Source of the DNA: Eutreptiella sp. 'Long Island Sound 2002'
Lineage: Eukaryota; Protista; Euglenida
Direction of reading: 5' to 3'
DNA length: 64,000 nucleotides
NCBI GenBank assembly: GCA_964036045.1
Contig: OZ038378.1
Span: forward strand, 35,712,001-35,776,000
A program made the translations under genes and the position numbers. Positions 1 to 13,339 of the stretch are shown piece after piece. How positions within the stretch are numbered: the stretch's first letter is position 1; the number at the start of each line of letters is the position of its first letter. The notes under the pieces are model-generated. The model was not told the DNA's origin. It did no database searches and saw only the letters and a program-made list of their open reading frames with translations.

Positions 1-1904
1 ATCAGTCTGACGACATCTTGAAGGCGCAGACCTGTGCCCTGTTCACAGCGTTTGCCTGTGCAATCTTTGCATGTGCATGTGCGTCTGTGTGTGTCCAGGA
101 AACAGCGAATTCGAACAAAATGCAGGGCGTGGAGGGGACGTGGTGGACGTACCTGGCCACCCTCAACTTGTTTGCGAGGCGTCACATGACTGACACATGA
201 GCGCATGCCCCCGGCTGGGAACAGGCTTGATCGCCTGGGGATCACAGAAAGCATGGCCACTCCGTGACGCGGGGAAGAGTGGGGCCATGGACCCGCGGGT
301 GTTTTGCCCGCATACAGCCGCAGCACCTGGGAGCCACACCCAAAGGGAGGACCTGGCATTGCCATGATGATGAATGACGGGCAACACCCGGTGACACGCA
401 GTCACCCAGCCCTGGCGACACGACGCACATCCCCCGTGTCATACGACCGTAGTGCAGCGCCATAGAGTCTGGTGCAATGTCTTTCGTGTCACCTGCTTTT
501 GTTGATGGAGGTTGTTGATCAAGATCTGGGGGAAGGGGTGGGGAGGGCTGTAAACCCCAAGAAGCACAAAAACAGAAAAAATCGCATCAAGTCAAAACAA
601 TGACAAGCAACTCGTACTCTCCGTCATATTGAGCACTACTCAACCCGCTGCAGTTGATTGCGAAATATCTTCAGCAAGGGGGAGGCATCGCAGACGGCAC
701 CCGGATCCACCGTCGGTTCCTTCCACACGCCAGCCTCCACTAACATAGCGAAAGCAACGGTGATTTGTGCACCTCTTTTTGACTGACGGCGATTGTCTAC
801 ACGAATATTTTGTTGGGGGCCTTTGCTCAGGCCAGGTACAAACGATCGGCATGTTGCAGTAAGGCACTCGGCACAAGGTTCCCGGGCTCTACATCAGCAG
901 TGTTCCTCAACACTCTCCATATTTGGAAGGCAGAAGACCTGCCTCGTGGACGGGTCCAGAATCGGACGGGACGCTTCGGGCTGAAGCGGGGCCCGCGTGA
1001 GCAGTGCTGCTGCAAACCAAAGGGACGGCGTAGTAAGGCAAATGCTTCAAGTTTCAAGTGTCATGTCACCGCAGGCGAATGGGGTGGGGAGGTGACGGAT
1101 GGGTCCGGAGACGTGACTTCTCAACTTTCGTCTCGTGGTATCAGGGGGATGAGGGTGTACATTGGCAAGCAGAGCTGGATTGGGTTTAGCCGGAGTGGCT
1201 TGGACTCCGCCCGATTGGGTTGAGTCCGATTGGGTTGGGTTGTGTGGTGATGGGCTGTGTTGTGTTTGGTCGTGTGGTAGTGTGCTGTATGGTGTTGGGT
1301 CATGTGGTGGTGTGTTGGGTGAGGTTGGGCGGGATTGCGTTGGGTTTGCTGCCCAGTGGGGGGGGGGGGGGGTTCTGTGGCTATTTGTTTTGTTTTGGGG
1401 GGAGGAGGCACGCCCATAACTGATATTCCAAATACACCCCCTCTACCTTTGGAATCCCAAGTGCCCAGGGGATTCAAACTTGCATGACATCCTTCTGCAG
1501 TGACGCACCACCTCCGCAGAAAGCTAGGAGGGACGAAAATGCGTTGGCATTCCGTGCGGACCTGTTCCCACGAGGAAAAAAAGGTGTCCCCCCACTGAGC
1601 GTGTCCCTACCACGAAAAAACGAATGAATCTCCGGTGCGCTGGGACCAGGACCCGCGCCTCAAAAAAAAAAAAAAGCACCGGCCAACCAGGAACCGGTTC
1701 ACAGATGGGTGGCAGAACGTGTGCCCCATTTTTGTTGGATCGATCTCTGAAAAGCCTGTCATGTGCGCACCTTCGCCCTCAACTCCCGAACATTGGGCAA
1801 GAGAAGCGCTGGAGACCCAAGTATCCCCCTCTCCAAGGAGTATGGCCAACAGCCGGAGACGCAATCAGTGTGTGGTACGCCTGCCCAAGTGGGCCCCAAA
1901 TGGC

Positions 1905-2191
1905 CTACGACTCGGCGTGGCTGCTGCAGCTCTGCACATTCAAGTCCTCCGGATGCTCCACCAAGGTCTTGCCGCTGTTGCTTCTCGTGATGCCATTGCT
2001 GTAATTGTCCGAAAGCGGCGGAGCCCCAGAGCAGCCCCGCTCGGAGCAGTGCCCGCTGGGCTCGACCTGGCGGTTGGGGCTGCCAGGGCTGGCGTCCTCG
2101 ACCAAGCCAGGGTCTTGGCCCGCACAGCACGCGTCGGCCGACTCCAACACAGGGCCGTTTAAGTTGAACAGGGCATGCCCCAAGACCAGGC
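1905..2191 (-). CDS. CTR: Ctr/COPT copper transporter copy 1, last exon
   Basis: Acceptor tgtgcag|GC CTG. The splice gives ITGLVLGHALFNLNGPVLESADACC, completing the GxxxG of TM3. Stop at 1905-1907; the frame is continuous across all three exons. Confidence 0.88.
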
Positions 2192-5100
2192 CTGCACATG
2201 CAAACACATGTGTGTCACCGGACGCTGCAACTTCAGGGGCCAGCAGTGCGAGGCAGCAACCGCCACTCGTACCCCAAATATCCAATGAACAACAGATCCT
2301 TAATGATGACAAATCCATTTACACCAGCAACAGTAAAGGGAATCAGAAAAAAAAACCAGAAGCGGGCAGAGCACAGCCACGTCACGCTGAGTTGCTTTGG
2401 GACCCACCCCCCAAACACCACAAAAACTGCGGAATGCGGTGTACAACCGGCAATAATTGCACCTGTGGGATGGTGCGCAACAATGGCAGCAAGGGGAGGG
2501 GCGCAACAAGGGCAAATTGTGGCCACATGAGCGGCACAACATACTAGAATTCACTGCCCGCACCCTATGGTGAGAACGGGGGGGGATGGGCTTTCCGAGG
2601 TTGGAGGCAATGCACCATTGGTGGAGACTTCAAAGGGTCCACAAGTGGGTCTATGTGTCTAGGTGTACATGCACCCAACCGGATCGTACCAGCTGTGACT
2701 GATTGTGTGAAGCGTGTCACCATAACTACCTACAGATTTTTCCCTCTGTTGTCCACTGTATCTGCACATGTGATTTCCTTTCGGTGAATGGAAACACACT
2801 GGAAGCATACTGAATACACATTCAAAAAAAACCGCATACACATACCCTCCCCCCCGCATGTCCAGCCCTCCCCCCCCAGGGACGACGGTTCCCCCCCACC
2901 CCAGGGGGAACCATCGCCAAGTGATGGTTCCCCCAGATGGACACCACTGGTGACCAACCACTTACCAATGCATACTATGTCGAATTCATGTCAGTTGCTT
3001 GCTGTTGGTTGCTCAAGGTCTAGGATTGATGGTGACATGCATAGATGCTGATGGTGCCATGCACATAATGCAAATAAGCAAAAGTCTCAATGCACTGCAT
3101 CCATTCATCAGTTTTCTGCCTGCCCCTTGTTCTGAACAGGGACAGTGTAGAACTTCCTCTTGCGGTCCCACATAGTCTTGAACAACTGCACATGTTCCCC
3201 ATCAGCGACAGGGATGGACGAACTGGCTGCAGCAGGCTTTGCTGTAGGCTGTCAAGCGTTTGATGGACGCGTGGTCATGCACAACCTTAGTGGCACCACC
3301 TTTGTACACGATGGTTCTGTACTGATCACCATGGGGAGGGGGGCCTTGCACAACAGCCAGCACAGGCTCCTTTGTGGAACGGACATAGCGTACGGTAGCG
3401 CCTCGATGGAACATTTTCAGAGGTCTGAGGAGTAAAATGGGTCTCGACAAAAGAGGTGCACATGAGGTTTGACAACAGGGTCTCACAGTTGCGCAGTTCT
3501 ATGCAATATGACACTGACATGTTTTTTGTTTCAGGGACTAGCCAGTGACCCCCCCCCCCTAGGGGGGATCAGGGGGGGCGACTACCAGCGTCCTGATGCG
3601 ACCCACCCCCAGCTATCTGTCAAAACTAAGGGGGGGGGTCTGGGGGGCAGTTTGGGGGGGGGGGGGGGTCGGTTGGAGGGTGTAGGGGGGGGTGTCAGGC
3701 ATCAGGTGGGGGGTATCTCCCGCAGCCCAGATAGGCTGTTTCCTCGCCGTGTCCTCAGCCCCAGAGGTCGTTGCCTCGAACTACCTTGGGAGCGGGGCAA
3801 GAGGCTTAGGGCAAGACAAAGGCTTGGAGGCAAGCTTGAACGACATTTGCATAGCGCCTCGTCTTGCGATATCTGGCGCTCAAAAGCACTAATGGATTGA
3901 TGAAAAGGAAGCATACACTAACAAAAGGGGGCGCCGTTGGCACCATGCCCCCAACCCACTATCTCTCAAAACCCGGGAGGGGGGGGGGCTAGGGGGGTCG
4001 CATACAAGGACCGGGCCGGGCTGCCCCCCCCCCCCCCCCTGGGGGGATGGACAAAGGGGGGGGGGGGCTGGAGGGCCACAATGATCGGGTGTGGACCCGC
4101 CACTATCGCTCCAGCCGCGCTTGCCCCCAGCCTTCATTGCTCTCTCAGTTCATCGCATATTCTCGTGGCCATCGGCCCACTTCGCAGTCCATTCATGTCC
4201 CTGTCCCTTCCTCCCTGGCTAGGGTTTGGCATTTGGGCTCTGGGTTCTGGGCTTTATCGCCTGGTCACGTCACACTGGTTTTGAGTCCGGGTCGTGGCGT
4301 ACATTCCGGGTACCATGTTTGGTCCACCTGTGCGTCGGTTGTGCTCGCTGGCGCTGGCCTCTCCCGGCCACACACCCTATGCTCCACGTGTCTCGAGGGG
4401 CATGGTGGGCTCACGGTGTGAGAGGTTAAGTGTTTGCCGGTTTGGTTGCTGCCACCAACCTTGGCGAGGTTGTCGGTCCTTAGGGTTGATCAATCCCAGT
4501 GGGGGCTGGAGGGGAGGGGGGGCACATGCTGTTGTTGTTCTTGTTGTTGCTGAGGATGGCATACACGCCGGCCCCGTAGCCCTCCTACTCACATCTCCTC
4601 ATTCCATACATGGTCAAGAGCTGGAGCCGAAGGACCTGCAGAGCAGCTGGAGATATGCATGGCCTGTGGGTAAAAGAAAAAAAAGAAGAAGAAAAAACTT
4701 ACCACGTGGCCCAAGAAATCGAAAACGAAAATAAAATTGAAACGCACACCCAAATGAACTTTGGAAAAAAAAACAGCAGGAAAATATAGCGACCGTTGCT
4801 TGGACCACTGCTCAAGGCACAAAGCACAGGCAGGGCACCAACAACACAACAACAACATTCATTACTGTGCAAGTCAGTCTAGCACACCCTATTTGGGTGC
4901 ATATGTTCCATCCACTGTCTGATTACCTGATTTAGGCCTCTGGCCCTCTGTGCAATCACTCACAAGGAGTGTGACTACATATGGGGCTATTGCTCTGTGG
5001 CAGCAAAAACACACCCGCCCCACTGCAACAGCAAAAGCAGCCAAAAAAAGTCTGCTGCACCGTAAAATAGAAACGAGGCTCATTGCACTGTAGCAGCAAA

Positions 5101-6159
5101 AAAAAAAAAAGCTGGATGCTCAGCGGCAGCCCTAAAGGCCTGCTGCACTGTGTTATCCGAAAAGGCCTGCACAGTGGCAACAAAGAAAAACCTGCCTCAC
5201 TGTGGCAGCACAAAAGGCACCAAGGTCAAGGGAAAGCAGAAACACCTGGACTGTCCAGCATGGGGGACCGGCACTCGGGTCTGGTGCCCCTCTGGCGTAC
5301 CAACATCCGTAGACCTGCGCGCTATATGCTTGCAGAGCTGTGATGGAGGTGGGCGGTGTAGGTCCGCCAGGGCTGCTTGGGGGAGGGCGTTCAGTTATAC
5401 CTCTCCCCCCTTGTGCCGTCACGGGGTCCATCTCCCTCGTTTTCTGGCTCCCAAACAGGCACCATTGCTGTGTGGTGGCTGAGGTGTGAGCAGGGGGAAG
5501 GGGGGGGTTTAAAACCTTTTTTTGGGTCGTGGAGGCATTTTTCAATGCACCGTCTCCTGAGCATTTTGAATACACCTGAGCACAAGTTTGGGGGGAACAT
5601 CCCGCTCACCGTTCAGCATCCGTGGACAGTGGACATCTTCATCAGCTCGATGGCCCCCATAGGGCTTTGCCGCAGTTGTGCGGGCTGGGCGCGTGTTCCC
5701 TGAAAGCCTGTTGTTCGCCATTGAAGGGCGGGGGGGGGGGGCAGCCCGGCATGTAACGCGCCCCCCCCCCCCAGTGCCCCAGCCCCCCTTTCCCAACATG
5801 GGTGAACACCATGCAAAATGGGTTGGCAAACAAGCCGTACACGCGTCTTTTGAGACGTTTGGCGGTCAAGGTACAACACTTACAGGAAAAGAAAGCAGAA
5901 GACCCAGTTGCCCAACAGCCGGGTGGAGGTTGCGGTTGTGGGGCATAGGCCCGAAACGGCGGCGCCAGATGGTACTTTGGGCCATAACCGAGAACAGTTG
6001 CGCAGTAACCGATTGCAATTGGGCAGTAACCGACAGCACACTGGACATCAGCGCACGGGCGGGCAAACAATGGCCGGTGGTAATCGACGGCGATTGGGCG
6101 GTAGCTGTGCCAAAAACGACCCTGCTACAAACGCCCTAACCCTGTTTCAGGCCCAGGAC

Positions 6160-6323
6160 CTGTGATCACCATGAGGAACAGCTCCACTTCGTATGTCATG
6201 GCGATCAGCATCAGGAAGTAGCCAAGCGTCAACTGCACCCCGTACAGCAGCAGCTGCATCACAGCCCAGAACAGCCATCTCCGTCTGCTGTGCGTGGGTA
6301 GGCGCTCTTGGTTGATCCAACGC
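6160..6323 (-). CDS. CTR: Ctr/COPT copper transporter copy 1, TM2-TM3 exon
   Basis: Acceptor actttag|G. Translates RWINQERLPTHSRRRWLFWAVMQLLLYGVQLTLGYFLMLIAMTYEVELFLMVIT, containing the Ctr MxxxM motif (MLIAM). Donor ACAG|gtcctg. Confidence 0.92.
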
Positions 6324-8344
6324 CTAAAGTGAGGCGGACTGGGTACGTGGCCGCAACAGTCACCGCCGGTGGACGGGGTAAAGGAGATGGAGGGGCGCAA
6401 GCACGGGGTGGCAGGCGGACGGCAGCAATGTGCTTGAGGGGAAAGGGGCCCAAACGGGGGCAGGGTATCCTAAATAGGGTACCCCAAAAACGGTATTCAG
6501 GATTGGTTGCAAAGGCGGTGACCGGCGGTTGGTAAAGCGGCTGAGAGGCAATGTCTGGCGGGTACCAACCGGTTGGAGGGCCGTTGGGGGCGGACAGAAG
6601 CGGTTGGCCAGGATGACCGTTAGGGGGGACCCCCTCCTGTTCAAGCACAAACTTGCTGGACGGACTGAAGGGCCCAAACCCTACCGCTTTCGAGTCACAA
6701 CAACGCATGGAGCAGTGCATGGAGAGCCATGGCCTGTCCGCCAGGTGCCACCAAGTGCGAAGCTTCCTCTCCGCCTGAGTGCTGCCAAGCGCCACGCGAT
6801 GCCACATGACAACATACTTCCAAGGGAAGTTGCAAGCTTGACTGCAGATGCACCCAGGAGATCGATGGGTCTGCACCCCGTGCTCGCCCACATCCCGGAT
6901 ACCCAGAATACAGAGCCTGGAGGAGGTCTGCCCGGCCAAATACACTCGTAGTCATGGAGGCGTGGTTGCCAAAATGCTTTGTCTTTGTGTGAGTTGTACC
7001 TCCTCCCTGTAAAAGCCACTACCTGTGCAATGTAAGGCCTACAGATCACCTGGTGTGGACGTCCTCCAGTGTGTGACACCATCCCCCCCTCAGACAAGAG
7101 GGAGATATAACCACCAGGATCGATGGTACTGATGTTGTGACCGACTTTGGGCTTTGCGTGGGGCTCCATGCTCCCGCGTTGACTGCTTGTTTTAGCTTGG
7201 AAATCCTCCCCTGAGCAGCACACCTCTTTTGGGTTTCAACGACAAATTTCTCTGGCCTATTGCGTTCGTTTCTGTCCTCTGGCCCCCATTTTCATCCCCG
7301 TTGTGCCCCAACCTGTGTTTGCTTGGTTGCATTCGCTTCATGCTCTCTTCTGCTTGGGAATGCCCTTGGTCTCTTCCCGGGCATGGTGCGGTGATGCAGT
7401 CCATGGGTCCCCTAAATCTGCCATCTGTTGCCGGGGTGTCATGTCGTTTGTTTTTTTGGTGCACACTTCCTGCCATTGTTTGGTCTCTGTGGTTGCTTTG
7501 GGAATAGAGGGAGCTTCTATGCCCCCTAGGAGTTTCTTTTCCCCCCCCCACTGTACAATGGGACGGTTTTCCTGCTAGTCAGTCATTGGGTTGTTTTTTC
7601 AATTTTGTTGACGCTCCTCTTTGAACGGACAGGTGGTCATTTCTCAGGGGGTCATTGGCTGCCCCAAGAACGGGGAGACAGCCCACAGCTGGTCACACTG
7701 TGGTGGCTTGCAATTTGGGCCCACTAGGGGGGGAGGGGGGCTCAATTCCTGGTTTAATCCCGAGCAGTTGCAATTCACACAAATGGGGGGGGGGTGTTCA
7801 CCAGAAGCGAAAATAAACGACAGAAGTCAGACTGTGCCCAGACCTGCCACTAGCGCCCACCAGGTTCCTTACTGCGTTCTGCGTGTGACTGGGGCAGGTA
7901 ATACTGACTTGTGTGCGACATAGGGCTGACTTCCCGCTGACTTCCCGCGAAACTCAGTGGCACTGCTGGGAACAAGTGGCAAATCTGATTGTGCCCCTCT
8001 GGAATCACACCGGGCATCTCTCACAGTGCATTGTGATGAATGCCATGAATATGGCGCAGGATCGTCCAGCATTGTCCAGCTGCAGTCGATGATTGGAGTG
8101 AATGGGTAATCAAGAGCATGCATGGGGTACTCCTCCTCATTGGCTTAGGTTGCAGGGTCTGGAAGGTCATGAGGGTCTGGAGGGGGCTGGGGGGGAGGGG
8201 CACCGGTCCTACACGTAGATGTCCCCCATGCCTCCGCCCCTCGCTGCATCCCAGCGGCACATCTCCCTGCAGCCCACCCCATCGGCCCAGCAGAATGCTG
8301 CACTGGACCGGGCGCACAGCGCAACGACTGCAGGCACACAGGAC

Positions 8345-8489
8345 CTGAGCTTCACAAGACCCTCAACACACAGGCCCATGAGGAACACGCCGCAGCAACC
8401 GAGGGCGAACTTGGGGACGGTATCCAGCACCCATTGCGGGAACAGCAAGGCGACACAGGGATCTCCTGGGTCTCCCACTGACTGGAAGC
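8345..8489 (-). CDS. CTR: Ctr/COPT copper transporter copy 1, TM1 exon
   Basis: Acceptor cccacag|GC TTC CAG. Translates (G)FQSVGDPGDPCVALLFPQWVLDTVPKFALGCCGVFLMGLCVEGLVKL(R), a typical Ctr TM1 region. Donor CTCAG|gtcctg. Phase matches the next exon. Confidence 0.85.
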
Positions 8490-9639
8490 CTGTGGGCGCA
8501 TGGAACAGAGATGCGATTGGTCAGGACGCTGTTGGGCAGCGCATGGGGCAGTGCATGGAACGGCCATGGCCCATGGGACAAGGTTGTGGGGCAAACACAT
8601 GTCTGCAAGGAATTGAAAAAAAACTACATTGCAAAATAGATAAATTGCAAAATAAACTGCATACACGCTGCATACATGCTGCCTAAACATTCACTACACA
8701 CTGCATATGCACTGCATTATACTGCTTGGAATTCTTCTCACCCAAATGGACTTGTCATAAAGACAGTCATGTTGAGAGCACAGATTTTGAGGGGCCTCCC
8801 CCTGGTTCTCCCTCTCCTTCCCTGTCAACCGGCCAGCTCCTGGGACAGGTTTACCATGGCCACATTGGTTGGTGTGCGGTGCGGTGTGTAGTGTGACGTG
8901 CTTTGCCAGGAGTAGGGGTGGCGGGCAGGGGCCACCAGGTGCGAAGCTGCCTCTGTGTCCGAATGCAGCCAAGTTCCACGCAATTGGCGTACTAGTGTTG
9001 CCTGGTGGAGTGCATTTTTTTTCTAAGTTGTAGCTTGTGCACCACCACCAGGTGGTATGGAGGGAGGGGGAGAGGGAGGAAGGGGAGGGGCACATGACAC
9101 AATTTTGGCCATGTGGGCGGCACAATCTCCTAGAAATCTATGCCCACAGCCCATTGTGCAAACGGGGGGGGGGGCAGGCAGGGGTTGGCTTTCCGAGATC
9201 GGATGCAATGCACCATTGGTAGAGACTTCAAAGCGGGGGTATGGGGGACTAGGGGGACTGGGTTTAGGTTGAGGTGTGGCCGTACAATATTGGCATACCC
9301 CTGTGGGCGTACCCGGGAGCTCTCCTCTGATGGATACCCAAGGATTTCTGTGGTCTCCCGCATCGTGATCATCATCCGTCAGATCGTTGTGCCGCATCGG
9401 GTTGGCGATGATGAGCGGACACTACGCAACTTGTCCTTGGTGTCGCGGATCTGGTTGCTAGGGGCACCTGCGCCCCATTCGGTTGTCACCTCATGTTGCG
9501 GGGGGGGGGGGGGGGGCTTTGGGTAGCCCCGGCAGTCCCCTAGCTGGGGTTTTACTGTACTCCTACGGCGCACTTGACGGGGGGCACACGCCGAGGGGCA
9601 GACGGTGGGCAGGCCCGTGTGAATAAGGCAGGATGCGTG

Positions 9640-10075
9640 GGAGGAGGTACAAAGTGTTGTGCGCTATGCTGCTTAGAAGGGGTAGGGGGCAAGGGGCTGA
9701 CCGGTAGCGTTGCGGAGTGGTGTGCAAAGTGCTTTGCCAAGGTTCACAGGGCAGGGTTAGGACAAGGAGTAACATTAGGGTACACGGTGAGTAGACCCGT
9801 GCTCCTTAGATCCCCCGTAAGCTGACAAGTCCCGTTGTGGTGCGAGGTGCTGTGCGATGTGCTTTGCCATGAGTTTGAATGGGAGGCAAGGACAAGGAGG
9901 AACCAGCAGGTGGACGGTGAGCAGCCCTGTGCTCCTTAGCTGCCCACGAGGGCTGGCATGTCAGGTTGCAGTGTGAGCAGTTGTGCGCTGTGCTCTGCTA
10001 GGGGATGAAATAGAGGGCAAGGACAAGGAGCATCCACTGGGTAGACGGTGAGCAGACCCCTGCTCCGTAATCGCC
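9640..10075 (+). repeat. Degenerate ~130-bp tandem repeats (also at +25,698)
   Basis: The core GGACAAGGAG...ACGGTGAG(T/C)AG...GTGCTCC(T/G)TA recurs near 9760, 9890 and 10020. Confidence 0.6.
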
Positions 10076-12542
10076 CCGGGGGCAATAGGGTGCCAGGAAG
10101 GGTCAAACGGCGGATGAGAGTAGGGATCCGGCCAGGGAAACTTATTAAAGAGTAACATTATATCACTTTCTTTATTCTTTTGAAGCATTAAGTAGATTTT
10201 TCAACTACACTAGGGTAATAACCCTAGCCCCCCATGAAGTTCACCCCTACCACTCAATGGAGCGGAGTTCTCTTCCTTCATGGAGGTATACACCGACAAT
10301 GAAATACGGTAGCCGCTTCATGCCTTTTTCTATAAAGGTTAAGCGTAGTGGTCTCCTACCTCAGGACCTATAAATGTGTTTCATATTTCGACTTTTCCGA
10401 AAAGCAGTTGGGAAATGGTGTCTACTTAGCCATTCCCGGCCATCTGTGTGACCACGCCGAGGGACGAGCCACGCCTTGATATCTGGCGGGCCTTGAGCAT
10501 TTGACTTCAGTATCGTGGTTTGCACCTTTGAAATGCCACAAATCCCCAGAAGGGAAGAGAAAAGCGTGGACTGGGTTGAATCAGCACAGTAGAACCCCTA
10601 TCACATTTATGCAATATCCGCGTTTACCACAGGCCGCGGACAATTGATATAAAATCGCCAAGGTTGCTCAACCATATTTCGACTATGGGGACTGCCTAAA
10701 ATCAAATAAAATCGTAAACGGTACCATTGGGGCCAACTCTTGTTTTTTTTGCATACTAGGATGTAAAACGGTCAGGCACACATTGGACCTCGTGTAACAT
10801 TTGACGCCTGTCGCAGGCCGATGACCGTATGTACGAGACGGTTTCAATGCATTGTTCATGAATATACCAATGGTTCCACTTCATTCCCACAGGAAATTGC
10901 TAAAATTGCTTTTTTCTTACTACTTTGGGGAAATCGCGGACCAAATTAAGAACATCCAAATCGAATTTAGCGACCGCAGTGATATAGTAGAGAGAGATAG
11001 ATAAATGGGGGTTGCAACAAATTCAGCAGCTGTGAAGCCGGCCCTAACCCCCCAGCCCTGTGAAGCTACAACTTGAGGATTTGAAAAAAGAGGGGTCCTT
11101 ACAGCTCTTTTTGAACTCTTCGTACTTCGCGAGCACACCAGCGATTTGTCTCTTGCATGTACAATCACAGGTTGAACCCATGGGTTTTTGACAAGTTTTG
11201 CTGCTCTGCTTTGCTTTGCATTGAGATTTATGGTTGTGTAGATCTTGTCTTGGGTTTGGATGGCACATCCACCCATTTTGGTCCTGCTTTTAATGAGTTC
11301 CACCTCAACGGCCGCGATGTAATAGAACTAATTTGTTTGGTTGACACCGTTGGAACGACTGCCCTTGACATCCTTAAGGAATTCATCTTTTGTTTAATTG
11401 GGCTCCGGATAATGATGTTGAAAAGAGGTATGGCATGCCCTTGACTCCCATCTATGCAATCACATCCATGGCTTCAGACACCATTTCCTCAATGAGTGGC
11501 GAGCACGGTGGTTTCCAAGGTCTTTTGAGCACCTTTCAGTGCCTACTCTTCTCGCTTCGAGCTCCGTTGTTTTTGAGAGAAAGGCATCCAATGGGAGTTG
11601 TGCCGTCCAATAAAGGACGATGAGACTTGGTACACTGGTTACATGTAGGCCATTCGACATTGGAGTAATTGCCCCACCGAATTTGTCCCTCGCTTCCCTA
11701 TCTTCGCACCATCAAATTTGGGTGCACTCGTACATTCAATTCCTTGCCAATGTGTTTGAAAAGCATAAGTTGAACATTTGTGCCGCCATTGACATTGACA
11801 TGTGAATCAACACCATGAACCGCTTTGGTGAGACCATGTTCCGGTACACCCGTGCGCGCATAGCCGGTGCATAGCCGAGAATGAGCGCACGCGGTGCTTG
11901 CTCATGGAAGCATACATCCGTGTCCTCCTCAGTCATTTTCACGATGAGATAACATGACACAAACCATGGCCCTCACTTTGGGGAGTTTTCACGCCTCATT
12001 GAGGGTAATTGGGAAAATAGCCTCAAGCCGTACAATGCAGATTAGGCGGCACTCCTCTTTGAGAAGCGCCATGAAGAGGCTACACACGCAGGACGCGTTG
12101 CGCATCCTTCGGGGCCTGGAAGCTCTCCTTAATTATTACCTCCCGGCCATCTTTGTAGTGGGACACTTAGTACGTAGTTGCACTTGGGCTGGGCGCGCCG
12201 ACGGATCGACGGGTATAGTAGCCACGTGTGCACGTCAGCGCCGTGTGGAGTGTAAGGAGAAGGTGGCGCAAAGAGATGCAACGATACTTGCTGCTCTTGA
12301 CGGTTGTGGCTTGTTGCCGAACCCCAATCCTAAGAAGTTGACTGTAGATGTCATACACCGTGTAGGGAGGGAAGATTTTACAGAAAAAAACCGGTTACGT
12401 GCACCAGTTCTGTGGACCCAAAAAACCGTGTACGTACACGGTTTTTTTCTGAGAAAACCGTGAACGTACATGGTTTTCGACATAAGGGACATGATAAGGC
12501 GGAACTTGGGAGGTATATTCCTTAAGTATTGTGCACATCCGT

Positions 12543-12545
<3 letters not shown>

Positions 12546-12590
<45 letters not shown>

Positions 12591-12652
12591 AGGGAGGGAG
12601 AGGGAGGGAGAGGGAGGGAGAGGGAGAGAGTGTGCGATAGAGAGGCATACGA

Positions 12653-12697
<45 letters not shown>

Positions 12698-12710
12698 CAA
12701 ACAAAGAGAG

Positions 12711-12745
<35 letters not shown>

Positions 12746-12791
12746 CAAACAAAGAGAGAAATAGAGAGAGAGAGAGAGAGAGATAGACAAA

Positions 12792-12833
<42 letters not shown>

Positions 12834-12852
12834 GAGAGAGTGAGAGAGAGAG
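12546..12852 (+). repeat. Compound (AG)n/(GAGG)n microsatellite
   Basis: Long AG runs with ACAAACAA interruptions. Confidence 0.97.
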
Positions 12853-13339
12853 ACCTGGTTCTGCATTCCCCTGCGGATCTTTCAAGCAGACCCACGTGGT
12901 CTTCTCCTTGTCTGACACTTGGACCCCAGGCTCAATTAGTGGGCTACATAGAACTGCTCGCAGATATGCCCACTCAATGTCACTCCACAAACGCGCCTTG
13001 TTGCCAGAGTCCAAGGACGGATACGGTTCTTCCTTTGACCAAATCGATGTGCCTAGATTTAACTTGGTTGCACGTGAGGGCCCACCCAACATTTTTCTGA
13101 TCACCTGCAGCTCATGGTGATTGATTGTAACACGCATATTCATCTGTGTCATCATTGTCACAGGCGACATGAAATATAATGTGAACGTTGCAACGGGCAC
13201 ACATGCATCTTGATGGGTGTACAATGTGTTTGTTAGTGTGCCGATATAACAATTCCTATAGCCTGTCCTTCTTCAAAATCAGCGCTTTCCCCCGGAGCAC
13301 CAACCATTTCGTATCAGATCCACAAGTGTTTGGCTGAAC

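Larger units (their letters stand above)
1..10526 (+). repeat. Copy 1 of a large direct repeat; extends past the window start
   Basis: Every ORF in 1-10.2 kb recurs at +25,698 (e.g. 163 to 25861, 9961 to 35659). Spot-checked homopolymer lengths match (A14 near 1662 and 27360). Confidence 0.97.

Noticed and set aside
1121-1477. MITE around the GGTT(G) repeats
   Set aside because: The inverted similarity is only about 12 nt and there is no TSD.
4589-4665. Alternative terminal Ctr exon (cccacag|GC CAT GCA)
   Set aside because: It would give ITGHAYLQ...*, losing the GxxxG motif. The 2191 acceptor fits the family far better.
2192-8344. Euglenid-type non-conventional, end-paired introns
   Set aside because: Both introns are GT-AG, and I saw no convincing pairing of the 5' and 3' ends.
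12235-13224. 329-aa protein with SL/ER repeats
   Set aside because: The length comes from translating the AG microsatellite.
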